Below are positions 39,436 to 52,933 of a DNA stretch of 64,000 nucleotides, in pieces. Within the stretch, counting starts at the first letter, position 1. Every line of letters starts with the position of its first letter. Under the pieces are notes generated by a model that was not told the origin of the DNA, made no database searches, and worked only from the letters and a program-made list of their open reading frames with translations. Position numbers and translations under genes: made by a program. The stretch comes from Malacoraja senta (lineage: Eukaryota): contig CM075978.1 in the NCBI GenBank assembly GCA_038087875.1, forward strand, positions 161,200,001 through 161,264,000. Direction: 5' to 3'.

Positions 39436-40341
39436 GGAAGGCCAATGGAGTTTTGGCCTTTATTGCTAGGGGGATTGAGTATAAAAACACGGAGGTCTTG
39501 CTGCAGCTGTACACAGTATTAGTGAGACCACATTTGGAATACTGTGTACAGTTCTGGGGTCCATACTTAAGAAAGGATGTACTGGCCCTGGAGGCAGTGC
39601 AGCGAAGGTTTACAAGATTAATTCCTGCAATGAGGGGATTGACATATGAGGAAAGGTTAAGTAGGCTGGAACTCTACTCTTTGGAGTTTAGAAGAATGAG
39701 AGGCGATCTCATTGAAACATATAAGATCGTGAGGGGCCTTGATCGGGTGGATGCACCGAGGATGTTCCCAATGATCGGGGAAACTAGAACTAGGGGACAT
39801 AGTTGTAGAATAAGAGGGGGCTCTTTTAAAACTGAGATGAGGAAGAACTTCTTCACCCAGAGGGTGGTTAATTTATGGAATTCACTGCCCCAGGGAGCAG
39901 TGGAAGCAGAAACATTAAATATATTTAAGTCTAAAATAGATGTTTTTTTAGCTGCCAAGGGGATAAGGGGCTATGGGGAGAGGGCAGGGATATGGACCTA
40001 GGTATGGTTAGTATAGTAAGACCTGAGTGATCTCCTGGACAAGTGTCGATCGCCTGGATTGGGGTCGGAGAGGAATTTCCCGGATTTTTTTCCCGAATTG
40101 GACCTGGGTTTTTATCCGTTTTTTTGCCTCCCCCAGGAGATCACGCGGTTCTTGGGGTGGAGAGGGGTGATAGCGATATAAAGGGGAGGGTAGTGTCTTG
40201 TGTTCTGTGTCTTGTGTCTACTGTTTGTGGGTAAGGGTGTCTGTTTGGTGTTCAGCCATGAGCGAATGGCGGTGCGGGCTCGATGGGTCTGGTGGTCTAC
40301 TCTCGCACCTACTTTCTATGTTTCTATGTTTCTATGTTTCT
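39436..40341 (+). mobile_element. Young 5'-truncated CR1 LINE with an open ORF2 C-terminus (39453-40001) and a long 3' UTR
   Basis: LYTVLVRPHLEYCVQFW...LEAVQRRFTR...FFTQRVVNLWNSLP is uninterrupted; (TTTCTATG)n tail. Confidence 0.95.
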
Positions 40342-40509
40342 CATAACCTTGGCATCACATTTACCTCGAAGTTGAGTTGTAAACCCCCCTCTAGAAGAAG
40401 GATCCTGACTTGAAATGTTGTCTATTTCTCTCCACAACTGCTGCCAGAACCACTGTGTTCCTCCAGCAGTTTGCTTTTATGTTCAAGATTCCAGCATCTG
40501 CAGTCCCTT

Positions 40510-40920
40510 ATGTCTTCATCACTAATACTGTCTGCTTCAATCTCCATGCTGTTGCTCAACTCCTTCCTTGCCTCAACCTACTGTATATGCTGCTAAAACT
40601 CTCATCCATGCAGATGTAACTATCTTTTGGCTGGCCTTCCTCATTCTGCTCTCTGTCACCTTGTGGTTACCCAAACCTCTACTGTCCATCTTTTAACTAA
40701 CATCACATCCAGTTCATCCATCATCCTGCCGTCATTGTGATGTTAAAATGTTCATCCTCATTTTCATGTTTCTCCAGGGTTCACCCTTTCCCATGTCTGC
40801 ACTCTACACCAGCCCTGCATAGCAATATTCTTCAACACTGCACTCTTGAATACTGAATTTAACATTTCCCAGTTGATAGCAATGCCTTCAACGTCCCTTC
40901 TTAAAGGTGCTCCTTGAATT
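40510..40920 (+). mobile_element. Old L2-like LINE 3' fragment
   Basis: Pyrimidine-rich decayed segment resembling the L2 ORF2 end. Similar minus-strand remnants lie at about 44270-44660, 57130-57480 and 58030-58600. Confidence 0.45.
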
Positions 40921-42611
40921 AAAGTCAGGTTGCAGGTTACCAAAGGCTCTCAAAGAGGAACTTACAATCCTGGCAGAGGCTGGCAATCCTCCTGATGCAT
41001 AAAGGGCTCCACATAAATCAAAGTTGTGGTTGTCACTTTCCACATTATAGGTAAACTCATCAAAGAGCTAGGGAGCCATAGATTTGTTAATCCCATCGCG
41101 TTTACAACAGGAACATCATCGTTGCACATGTATTAACAATATCATTTGCAGCAGCATCTGTTCAGAGTCAGTGACATGGAAAATCAAGGAATGTTAATGT
41201 TGAAACTAGTGCAAATAAATTCCAAGACTGGGTAGTGTCAGCAGACATTTTGATCAGAAATCACAAATGAATTCACAGAGGAAGTTTGGTTAATTTCAGC
41301 CAGGAATGTGGAAGGGGTGTCCTCAATAGAATCTGGTTGGATTCTTGGCTCTTGATTGACTTGCAGTGCTTCTTCCAGAATACGGTCAAGTGTGAACACT
41401 GCAAATGAATGTGAACCACTCCCCCATTGTGGCTAAGGAGTCTCCTGATATAAGGTTTTCTGATTCCCGCATTGCATATGATACCACATAGCCAAATAAA
41501 ATGCCCACCCTGTATATCATGATTTGGCATAAACATTGTTTAACAATAGTTAAATCCTGCCACTTTTCTGAATGAAACGACAGCAATAATCTGACAATTG
41601 AGCCCAATCGAGCAACTGTTCTTTTCACTCTAATTTCACAAATCAGAATGGTTAAGGATATTCGGTTCACACATTTTCATGTTTCGCTCCAAGTTTAAAG
41701 TTGACATGTCAATTTCCATTGTGCTACAAAGAAAATCTCTCTCCGCAGGTTCTAAGCAACAATGGTACTTAACTGCTCTGAGTCATTAACCTTTAGTGCA
41801 GTGCGGTGTAATGTGATGTACTACACTGAAGTCTACTGAAGGGCCCTATTGATCCAGCTGGTCTTTTCCATATAGTTTGTGCCTTCAAAGTTGTTTATGA
41901 TCAATATGCAAATGACTCACTGCATTGATCCAATATTAATTTTCAATTAGGAAATCCACAGGGGTCTCGAGGGTCAATATCTAACAATTCAAAGAAAAAT
42001 CTTGAGCAGGTGTAGGCATCGACATTCTCCATCGCTGAACAGCTTACTTATTTCACATTTATTCCCTCATTTCCTTTTTACTCTGTCATGTACACTTCAG
42101 CACAAAGGAGCTTTATTTCCTTACACGGACATCATTGACACAAGTGGTATATACAACAGCACTATGCAGAGCTGTCAGTCCCACGGATATTCAGACACAC
42201 CTCGCATATAAATAGTAAAGCTTTGAAAATTAAACACGCAGGTCACCAATCTGCTCGCAAAGATCTGGTATTAAAGACCTGCCACAGTGTCCCAAAATCT
42301 CTGAGCAACTTAACTAGTACATTTTCCACCATGCCTAATTGGTTTATGGAAAACATTAATTACCATGTTGCTCATTAATGGATGAAATCTTTATTGGTTC
42401 CATTGATCAGTGTGACTTGTTACCCATCTTCCTAACCAATGGCGGATATAACAGGATCATTTATTGGCATATCAATTAATGTAATCAATTCCTAGCTAGC
42501 GGATGCCATTCGCTGTAAGACTTGTTTAAAACATACAAGGCAAAGGTGCAGAGATACAGGTTTCAATTACATCTCACTCACATTCACAGACAGACAGCCC
42601 AATACACCTTC

Positions 42612-42837
42612 CATGCACATACACACACATGTTTAATGAGTAATTCTTGCCCATTATCATACATGCATTCCTTATTGCTTTAAGATTTAAATAATTTGAT
42701 ATATCCAAAATTATTGCCTAACATGCACATAGACACATATGATTAATGATTAACTCTTGCCCATTATTGCAAATCTTGATTCATTCCATAAGGGTTTAAG
42801 ATTTAAATAATTTGAGATATCCAAAAATATTGTCCAA
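42612..42837 (+). repeat. Diverged tandem duplication with a unit of about 110 bp
   Basis: Both units begin CATGCACATA and contain TCTTGCCCATTAT and TTTAAGATTTAAATAATTTGA. Confidence 0.9.
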
Positions 42838-45800
42838 GCTTAATACATAAAAATGTCAGAAAAAGCTCATTATACAACACATCTCACTAACTTTATTTAG
42901 ATATTAGCAAATTGCATGATTTTTAAGAGATTTTGCCATAGCTACTTAAAAATAATTCAAAAATAAAAGAGGTAGAACACTCTTAGCTAACAGTATAAAA
43001 ACTTTAAATAAATGCTTTATTATACATTGCAAATATTGACTGCACTGAAGGGGCATTTGCAGTTAACTGTTGACCCAAAGGTTATGCCTATAACCCAAGG
43101 GACAGCAGTTTGTCTTATAGTCTGGTAAGTACAGTGAAGGTTAGTTTAATTATTGGATACAAGTTTATTTAAAAAGTGTTAAAACCTTTCTATGTGTTAT
43201 GAGCATCCCGGCACATTTTGACCTTGATGGACACCATTCCCTATTCAATCGGCTGCCACTGACATTCATTGAGAGGCAGTGCCTGCGCAGATCAATTAGT
43301 GGGTAACAATAAAAACCATTACACATGAAGGGCAGTCACCAGTACCACAGACCAATGTTCTCAGAAATCATCGCATTTTCATCCTTCTTTCCACATTTAT
43401 TTGTTTTTTTCCTTTATGTAAGTACATTCCAGGCAGCAGAATGGAAGTTTTAAACCATCTATTTGTTGGAGAGACTAATACAAAACAGCCTGTTGAAACA
43501 TGCATCCATTGATTGTGCTGATAACATTAGGAGATAATGTAAGAATTAAGACAAAAATGTTTATTTTACACACGTATGAGGTGCCGAAAATATTTATCAG
43601 GCTTTATCAGATATTCTCAGAGTGTACGAAAGAATTCTCACTGCACTCAGAAGAACCATTTTACTTCCAGTACAGTATATTTAAAAAGTACTGGCATGTG
43701 CTGGGACACATGTATGGTATTTCTGAATGAAGTGGCGTTCTTTATGTATGAATCAAGATAAGGGGCAAGAGGCAAATGATTCCAGCACTTAAACCACACA
43801 TCATATCAACATTAGATTAATACAAGTGAGAAGTAAATATTTTCTGCTCTGGGTGTTTCTAAGGCCAGCATTTAATGTCTTAGACATCGCTTGGGATTAA
43901 TAATGGAACTTAAATTTGATTATGGTACCAACATTTCCAATGCAGAACTAACCTTTTGTCCCTTTTCTGAAAATGGTGTTAGAGTATCTAGGAGATGCAA
44001 GACTGGGAAATTCAGCATTTACAGCCTCAAGTCAAATATTAATCACAAGGGTAACCAATACAAAATTCATTCATTCTTATACAGGTTTTCAGAACATCCA
44101 GTGTTTCCATCTGCACGCTGTATCTTTCACTTTGCTCTATCTATTGTGCTTGAGTTTGACTTGATTGTATTTATGTATGGTATATCTGGTCTGTTTGCAT
44201 AGCTCGCAAAGCAAAGCTTTTCTGTCCCTCGATACATGCGACAATAATAAACTTAAACCTAAACAACCTTTAATGTAGTGGTCCTCTAAGTTGCTTCATG
44301 GGACCATTAAAGAAATTCAATACCAAGGCATACAAGATGTAGGTCAAATGTGATTAACAAGAGATATATTTTAAAAACAGTCTTAAAGAGAAACACCGCA
44401 GAGCGAGAGAGAGTGGTGGAAGCAAAGAGGTACATTTTCAGGAGGGAGATTTAGTGGCTGAAACCATGGATGGCGTGACTAAGATCCAGGGATTTATTAA
44501 AGTTCAAAAATGGAGTACACATACTGTATCCTGGATGTAGCAGGTTGCAAAGATTTGGTGGGAGAAGGCATGAAGGGCCTTAGGAGCAAGGCTGAGAAGC
44601 TTATAATCAAAGCGTAGCTTAGTTAGGAGCCAAAGCAGGTCTGAGCAGAGGAATGTGAACGGAAGGATTTCCAAGTTATGACATAGATAGCAATTTTTTG
44701 ATTTGCCTTGTTTAAGGAGCGTTGAACAGAGGAGAAAACCATTATTGAAGATTCTTGACTTGCAGAATACATATGAATTGATGCTTCATTTGCAATGTTT
44801 ACTGCATTGTGCATTGAAATAACACAAAATAAAATAAAATCCTTTCTTGACCATGGAGTTATCCATGTCTATTCATCCTATTGAAGAAGGTGTATCTGCC
44901 AACAAAAATATCTCTAAAAATTATCCAAAGATGCAGCAGGCTTTTAACAACTGCTTGAAGCTCAGAAATGATTTGTTAATCTTCACATACCATGACATTT
45001 CCGAATGCCTAACTATGTATGGTACATTTTCATGTGGCATCTTCATAGTGTTGTATTACATGCCACAAATCAAACAGACATCATTGGAAAATAGAGAATG
45101 AATGTTATCAGTGTTAACTGCGAAATAATTAACTGCTGTAAAACAGGAGGGACAGCAAAAGAAAATGACTGCAAAGCAAGTAGTTGTTGGGAGAATGAAC
45201 ATTTAAAAAAGCTGTCACTTCTCATGTGCAGCATTGACTTCCATGAGGTTTCTTGGAGGCAAACCACTAATACTGTATCCGAGGACAACCACCCACCCAC
45301 ATGATCTCACATGTATCAGTAAGTGGCATAAAACCAGAGATGCAGAGTGAACATGATGGAACAAAGAGTGTCCCTTCAATTACCCTGCCTCTTATGTGTT
45401 GATTAGACGCACACCGGCAGCATGCTCACCATTCCTCTTCCACCCTCCATTGCCACAAGCTCTAAATTATGGACGAGCACCGACATACTTTCTAAGTGGT
45501 TACTCGACACAAGTTGTGTGTTACAATGTAGTTTGACACAATAGTAATGCAGTAATAATGCATTTGCAAATATGCATTCATGTCCAAAGCAGCTGTGTTA
45601 TTGTGTTCAATAATCTTGCAAAGCGCGAATTAAGGGTGCCACGAATAATGAACTCAAGTCAGGTCGGATGTAATGCCCCTAATGGAGCGCTGCCTAAAAG
45701 GCACAACAATATCATTTATTTCTAATTTACAATGCCTCATCTCAAATAGTGAGCCTGCTGTTTCCAGTTGAGTCAGGTTCCTGTTTTAATATTGTGCTGT

Positions 45801-46169
45801 TGCAATGAGAGAATCGGGACTTTCAGGCTCAGCATATAAATACGTAATAAGCTATGGTTCATTTCAATAATTGAGAATTTTTAGAAATAAAATGTATTAT
45901 TATCTTTAGTTAAACCATACAAAGGAAACAGGAAGATGAGGGTCTAGATTGTGCTGCATGAGGTTATTGTGTACTGTGTGACTGAATTTCAATTCCAAAT
46001 TCATAAGTGACTGTCACTCCTCTGCACACATAGCGACCTCTGGTAAATTTCACTGCAGTCCTCTGATGTTTACAATGAGCAGCTACTTGATGCAGAGAAA
46101 TGGCATCTAGCAACGTGCAATGCATGCCTGATGTCAGTGTGCAATAATGTGGCATGCATATGCATTTCA

Positions 46170-46475
46170 GGGCAGCACAGTGGCACAACGGAAGAGTTGC
46201 TGCCTCACAGCGCCAGAGACCCGGGTTTGATCCTGACCTTGGGTGGTGTCTGTGTGGAGTTTGCATATTCTCCCTGTGGCCGCATGGGTTTTCTCCGGGT
46301 GCTCTGGCTTCCTCCCACATTCCAAGGACGTGCAGGTTTGTAGGTTAACTGGCTTCTGTAAATTCCCCCTAGTGTGTAGGATGCGAAACTGGGATAACAC
46401 AGAATTAGTGTACGGGTGATTGTTGGTTAGCACAGTCTCGGTGTATCGAAGGGCCTGTTTCAGTAAACTGAACTA
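46170..46475 (+). mobile_element. HE1-type V-SINE
   Basis: Head GGGCAGCACAGTGGCACA and V-domain GTCTGTGTGGAGTTTGCAT. Confidence 0.88.
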
Positions 46476-47748
46476 GCACTAAATGGTGTGGGCTTTGGAC
46501 ACAGAAGGTCTTAATAGGAGGGGCCGGTGAGGAAGGCTATTCCAGCCTCTCAGAGCCCCTTTAAATCTTTCCCCTCTCATCTTTAACGTATGCCCTCCAG
46601 ACTCCCCTATCCTTGGAAAAAGACTGTGACTGTCTACCCCATCTAAAGTAGTACTGACATTGAACCCAACCCAGGAATGTTTACAGATGATCCTGGTGTT
46701 TTGGGGCAGGCAAAACCTTCTATCATTCTTTGGATGGGGGTGGGAGAACTGAGAACTGAGCACACTGACTGTAGCCCACACATAGTGGCATGATGCCCCA
46801 GTGGCTATGAGAGATGTGCTCAGTCACCATATTGAGCGACAAAGCTGCCCAAAAAGGCTCCAAAGTAGTTCTTAGACATTTCTGTTTACAATCATGCAGT
46901 CATTTGAGATTTGCTCTACCATTGTACAATGCATTATATATTTTGTGCGCAAGTAGATCACTACTCTGTAGGCATAGAGGAAACCTGTATGCCACCCTTT
47001 GCAGCACCATGTTTCTGCAAGTCTTCACCTGTGCAAGAATCTCCAGGCCACCATCTTCCTGCAAGTGCTGAAACAGAACCTTTCAGCTTTGCACACATGT
47101 GGTAAACCACAATCTTTTCCAGAGGTAATAGCAAATTAGATTAGAGGGAAAAAAACCTCCTAGGATTAAAATGCTTTAAGAAGTTAATGGAGTCCATGAT
47201 GCAATTACATTTATTTGAGTGTCACTTTTGGATGGGCTTAGGAAACTACAAAAATATTTGATATGTTGCTGACTACACAATATAAATGCAGGTAAACAGA
47301 ATCAAACCAAATCATTTGATACAGTTCTGATATGGCACACAAAGTTATTCCAATACAAAGTCAACAATTCCTGTTCACGAAGAACAGAAAGCTAATTAAA
47401 TGCTAAACTCTCCAAATGTTAATTCCTGTGTTGTCATCTCTTCACTAATTGTCAGTTACCTTTTCTCTAAAGTAATACATCTATCTTTAGCTAAGGAGAA
47501 AATGTATGCGCAGAGAATGAAAGTTGCAAACAAGCTTCTTATTTTCATTCACCCGATGGAACAACACAAGATTTCTTTGTTACCATTACTAACTACAAAG
47601 ATAATAATGATCACTAACGCAGTTTCCCAGAATTTGCAATGACAACTTAGTATGATACAGAATTTAGTAACAATCATGGCTACTGTGTTAACCCAGGTCA
47701 AACAGCAAGTCATCATGTGCAAAGAGGGGCAGTGAAGACCAGCAGTCT

Positions 47749-48063
47749 GGTATGAATATTGTTTTCTCTCATTTCAGGTAGCCCCGGCATTCCATCTCTC
47801 TCTATCCCTCCCCCACCCAAGTCGCACTAGCTTCTCGTTTTCACCCAACAAACAGTTAACAATTGCCTGTTTCCTTTATCATCGTTACGGTTTTTGCTAT
47901 CTTTTATTCATTGTTCTTTATCTCTCTACATCATCGCCTACATCTCTCGTTTCCCTTATCCCTAACCAGTCTGAAGAAGGGTCTCGACCCAAAACATCAC
48001 CCATTCCTTCTCTCCAGAGATGCTGCCTCACCCGCTGAGTTACTCCAGCTTTTTGTGTCTATC
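47749..48063 (+). mobile_element. Penelope-like 3' fragment with hammerhead motif (GAAA changed to AAAA)
   Basis: GMNIVFSHFR*, then CTGAAGAAGGGTCTCGACCCAAAACATC at 47971-47998. Homologous to 25490-25809. Confidence 0.86.
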
Positions 48064-48731
48064 ATAGGCTTCATCAACAATTACCATCACTTTTTGTTTA
48101 CATGTGCATAGCTCACTTACATGAACTTTTCTATGGTGGATGTTATGCAATGGTCAGGGAATGGAAACACAATGAATTTTCTATTAATGGCCTGATGTAT
48201 CAAAGTAGTGGCCAACCTTCAATTGGGCTACTTCAACATAATGCCTACGTAGTCTTACCACCAAAACGTGGACTCAGCCGTCCTGTTCGATATGCTTTTC
48301 CATTTAATTATTTTCCTGATGTTAACCATGTATAATTATTTGGTTCCTTAAATGCCTGATCAATAGCAATTGACTGATGGTTTTAAAACGTTGATGAAGT
48401 TTGTTGGAGCAGGGAAGTCACAGTTCTGACTGGTACAATGTCATCGTTTTCCAGTGTGTCAATGCCTATTACAGTAAATCAAGTCAACAAAGCTAAAACA
48501 AATGGGATCAAGATCCATGGCAGTATATTGATTGCTGAGAGAGTGACGCTCTGGACACTTGCTAAATGCAAGCTGATCAGATTTTCCAGTTGTGAAATAC
48601 AAAGCTAAAAAAAAGAGGATTGGTCCTCAAAAGTGACAATGTATGATTTGAAAATAATTGGAGAATTGGGCATGTTCTTGCAGGAATACATGCATTTATT
48701 TTTTAAGTTAACAGAAATAAAGGTAAATTTT

Positions 48732-50370
48732 GATTCATAGATTCATAAAACAGGTCCCTTGACCCAACTCATCCATGCCAATATACGCTAATCCCAATTG
48801 CCTGTGTTTGGCCCATATTCCTCAAAACCATTCCTATCGAAGTATCTAGATGTTTTTTAAACGTTGTTACTGTCCCTGTCTCTACCACCTTCTCTGGAAT
48901 CACGTTCTATTCTGTGTGGGAAAACTTGCCCCTCAGATCCCCTTTAAATCTTTCCTGTCTCATCTTTAAACCTATGCTCGCTAGACTCCCTGACCCTGGG
49001 GAAAAGATTCCTTATCTATGCCCCTGATAGATTTATAAGCCTTGATAAGATCAACCCTCAGACTCTTTCGCTTCACTTCAGAGAAAACAGACCCAGCCTA
49101 TCCAATCTCTCCTTGTATGTCAAGCCCTTCACTCCAGGCAACATTCCTGTGATATTTTACGACACTCTCTCTCTAATTTAATCACATCATTCCTATAGTG
49201 TGGTGACCAGAACTTCACATAATACTGCACACAAAATCAGTGCAGCCTAACCAGTGATTTGCACAATAGTAACATGACCTCCCATTCCTATTCTCAATGC
49301 CATTGCTCCTGAAGGTAAGCAACCATTCCCTTTCTCATCACTGATTACCTGTGCTGCCACTTTCAGGGAATTGTATCCCAAGGCCTTCTTGATCTATAAT
49401 ACTTCCCAAGGCGTTGCCAATCACTGTGTTTCCCCTGGTCTGGTTTAACTTCCCATTATTCTTCACATTGCACTCTTTTTCAGTTAAATTCCATCACTCA
49501 TTGTCCATTTTCCCAACTGATCTAGATAGATATTGTTGTGAGCCTGGACAAACATCGTAACAATCCACTACATTACTAATGTTGGGATTGTCAGCAAATT
49601 TACCAATCCTGCCACCTATATTATCTTCCAAATCATTAAAATATATGCCAAACCTGATCAGACTCAGCACCAATCCCTGCAGCACACCACCAGTAAAAGA
49701 CCACCAAACTAAAAGCAACCCTCCACAACCACTCTGCAGCCTACCGTGAAACCAATTTTGTAACCAATTTGCTCTCTCCTTGGATTCCATTATGAACCAG
49801 TCTACAACATGGGACCATGTCAAAGGCTTGCCATGTCGAAGTCCATGTAGACAATGTCTACCACATTGTCCTCATCAATCCTCTTGGTCATCTTCTCAAA
49901 AACTAAACTAAATTTGTCAGACATGATCTCCCATAAACAGCCATACTGACTATCGCCAACAGTCCTTTGCTCTCCAAATGCAGATAAATCCCCAAAAATC
50001 CTCTCCAGTAACTTCCCCATGTCTGATGTACAGGTAGCCAGCCTGTAGTTTCCCAACTAGTTTGCTAACTGTAGCTTTCTATGTTATATTCCTTCTTAAA
50101 TAAAAGGACTCCACCAGCCAGCTTCCAGTCTTCTCTTTAACGCACCCATGACGAAGGAAGACACAAATGTCTTTGCCAGGGCACTAGCAATCTCCTCCCT
50201 TGCTTAGCAGAATGTCCTAGGTTACCACTGAATCAGGCCCTGGGGATTTATCCATATTTATGTGCTTTGAGACTGCCAACGCCTCCTGCTTCATATTTTT
50301 GATCTGGAATTCTCTATTCTTTTTCCTGAACTCACACACCAACATGTCCTTCTCTATATTAAATGCAGAT
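48732..50370 (-). mobile_element. Decayed CR1 LINE, RT domain through 3' end
   Basis: GNYR...GKLLERI, VDIVYMDF, GVLQGLVL and KFAD motifs in broken minus-strand ORFs. Confidence 0.9.
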
Positions 50371-50894
50371 GATGCAAACATTTATTTATTAATTTAATGT
50401 TTTAATGCCCGTTTTGGTGCTAGGCATACAAAATCAATTTACTCAGGGTTAATAGTGTTTGATGTCACCACAATATTGGAGCAGGAACTTCTGATTGGGA
50501 TCCAAGCCAGACCAGTTTGTCCCTACTTAACTTCAGATTAATGCACAGCAATGCCAATGATTGAGCATGGCACCTTTCACCCCTTACACACTGATATTGG
50601 ACATCCCACCTTCAGAGGACAATCTGCACACAAACAATAAAACACACTGAAGACCGTCAATAGGATGTTATTTAAAGGGTCTCCGTTCTGACATTGAACT
50701 ATTGTGCACAGTATCCTGCCAGCATTATTTGCAATGCTCAAAACATGCTTTGCATATTTATGTATGACTATAGTCTTTTTGTTTTATGCAACTCCTCACA
50801 GCATAACATAATCTCAGCCACACTGATCACCCCACACCTTGCAATAGCACAGAGCTAACTGTAGAACAGGATTGAATCAGGGCACACGGATGTA

Positions 50895-52396
50895 CAGTGC
50901 CCTCCATAATGTTTGAGACAAAGACCCGTCATTTATTTATTTGCCTCTGTATTCCACAATTTGAGATTTATAATAGAAAAAAATCACACGTGGTTAAAGT
51001 GCACATTGTAAGATTTTATTAAAGGGAATTTTTATACATTTTGGTTTCACCATGTAGAAATTACAGCTGTGTTTATACATTGTCCCCCCCATTTCAGGGC
51101 AACATAATGTTTGGGACACATGGCTTCACAGGTGTTTGTAATTGCTCAGGTGTGTTTAAATGCCTCCTTAATGCAGGTATAAGAGAGCTCTCAGCACCTT
51201 GTCTTTTCTCCAATCATTCCATCACCTTTGGAAACTTTTATTGCTATTTATCAACATGAGGACCAAAGTTGTGCCAATGAAAGTCAAAGAAGACACTATG
51301 AGACTGAGAAAAAATAATAAAACTGGGGTCTCTATCCGAAACGTCGCCTATTCCTTCTCTCCATAGATGCTGCCTCACCTGCTGAGTTTCTCCAGACATC
51401 AGCCAAACCTTACTAATCGCAAAGGGACTGGCAGACCAATTCCTCCACTGCTGATGACAGAACAATTCTCTCTATTATAAAGAAAAATCCCCAAACACCT
51501 GTCCGACAGATCAGAAACACTATTCAGGAGACAGGTGTGAATTTGTCACTGTCTGCAGAAGACTTCATGAACAGAAATACAGAGGCTACACTGCAAGATG
51601 CAAACAGCTGGTTAGCTGCAAAAATAGGATGGCCAGGTTACAGTTTGCCAAGAAGTACTTAAAAGAGCAACCACAGTTCTGCAAAAAGGTCTTGTAGGCA
51701 GATGAGACGAAGATTAACATATCAGAATGATGGCAAGAGCAAAGTATGGAGGAGAGAAGGAACTGTCCAAGATCTAAAGCATACCACCTCATCTGTGAAA
51801 CACGGTGGTGGGGGTGTTATGGCCTGGGCATGTATGTCTGCTGAAGGTACTGGCTCACTTGATGATACAAGTGCTGATGGTAGGAGCATAATGAATTCTG
51901 AAGTGTATAGACACATCCTATCTACTCAAGTTCAAACAAATGCCTCAAAACGCATTGGCCGGCAGTTCATTTTCAATAGAAAACTGAAGACGACTAGGCC
52001 TCAAAACAAGCATAAGCTAAAGATGGCTGCAATACAGGCCCGGCAGAGCATCACCAGAGAAGACACCCAGCAACTGGTGATGTCCATGAATCACAGACTT
52101 CAAGCAGTCATTGCATGCAAAGGATATGCAACAAAATAATAAACATGACTACTTTAATTTACATGACATTGCTGTGTCCCAAACATTATGGTGCTCTGAA
52201 ATATGGGGACTATGTATACACACTGCTGTCATTTCTACATGGTGAAATCAAAATGTATAAAAACAGCCTTTATTAAAATCTGACAATGTGCACTTTAACC
52301 ACATGTGATTTTTTCTATTACAAATCTCAAATTGTGGAGTGCAGAGGCAAATAAATACATTATGGGTATTTGTCCCAAACATTATGGAGGATACTG
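50895..52396 (+). mobile_element. Tc1-like DNA transposon (IR/DR type), defective
   Basis: TA-flanked CAGT...ACTG ends. TIRs of about 225 bp (50895-51118 and 52173-52396), each with two CATAATGTTTG(G/A)GACA direct repeats. Confidence 0.93.
51256..52139 (+). pseudogene. Tc1 transposase pseudogene
   Basis: MRTKVVPMKVKE..., ADETKIN, VKHGGGGVMAWACM and RLQAVIACKGYATK. It has an in-frame stop, frameshifts, loss of the second D and the E catalytic segments, and a Penelope insert at 51326-51395. Confidence 0.88.
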
Positions 52397-52814
52397 TATA
52401 TGTGGAAGGTTGGTCAAAGAACAACAGACCTTCAAAGCTAAGACTCCACATGTTCAACAACTTTGGACTTGATTCATACAAAATGGTGCTGGAAACGTGG
52501 CTACTCTGGTGTAATGTGTCAGTGTAATCTACTATTCCTACACTATTGTATTTACTTGTGCCCATGTATAGTATGATTTTTACTGAACTGTATCTAATTA
52601 AAGGAATTTCACTGTACTTAGGTACATGCAACAATGAAGTACCATTGATGCATTGAACATTCATATAAGACTGCTATGTCTCCCTAGCATTGTCCCTCCC
52701 CTCCAATGCAGCCTTTATGCAGCTGCCTTGGGGAGAGGTCTTTTGAGGTCTGACAAGCTTTCCCAGTGATCAATGCAGTTGTGAGAAAAACACGCAAGTC
52801 CCATTGAGAAATGT

Positions 52815-52933
52815 AGAAACAAGAAACTGCAGATGCTGGTTTACAAAAGATGACAGTGCTGGAATTGCTCAACGGGTCAGGCAGCATCTTAGGAGAACAT
52901 GGATAAATGATGTTTTGGGTCAGGACCCTTCAC
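52815..52933 (-). mobile_element. Penelope pLTR fragment, degraded
   Basis: GAAACTGCAGATGCTGGTTTAC...GGGTCAGGCAGCATC...GATGTTTTGGGTCAGGACCCTTC. Similar remnants lie at 27345-27400, 30990-31062 and 40385-40515. Confidence 0.72.

Noticed and set aside
39453-40001. 182-aa ORF as a host or domesticated gene
   Set aside because: It is the C-terminus of a 5'-truncated young CR1 ORF2 with its own tail.
46755-46824. Possible pre-miRNA hairpin (ACTGAGCACA/TGTGCTCAGT)
   Set aside because: Only a 10-bp stem plus interrupted pairing, with no recognisable mature miRNA.
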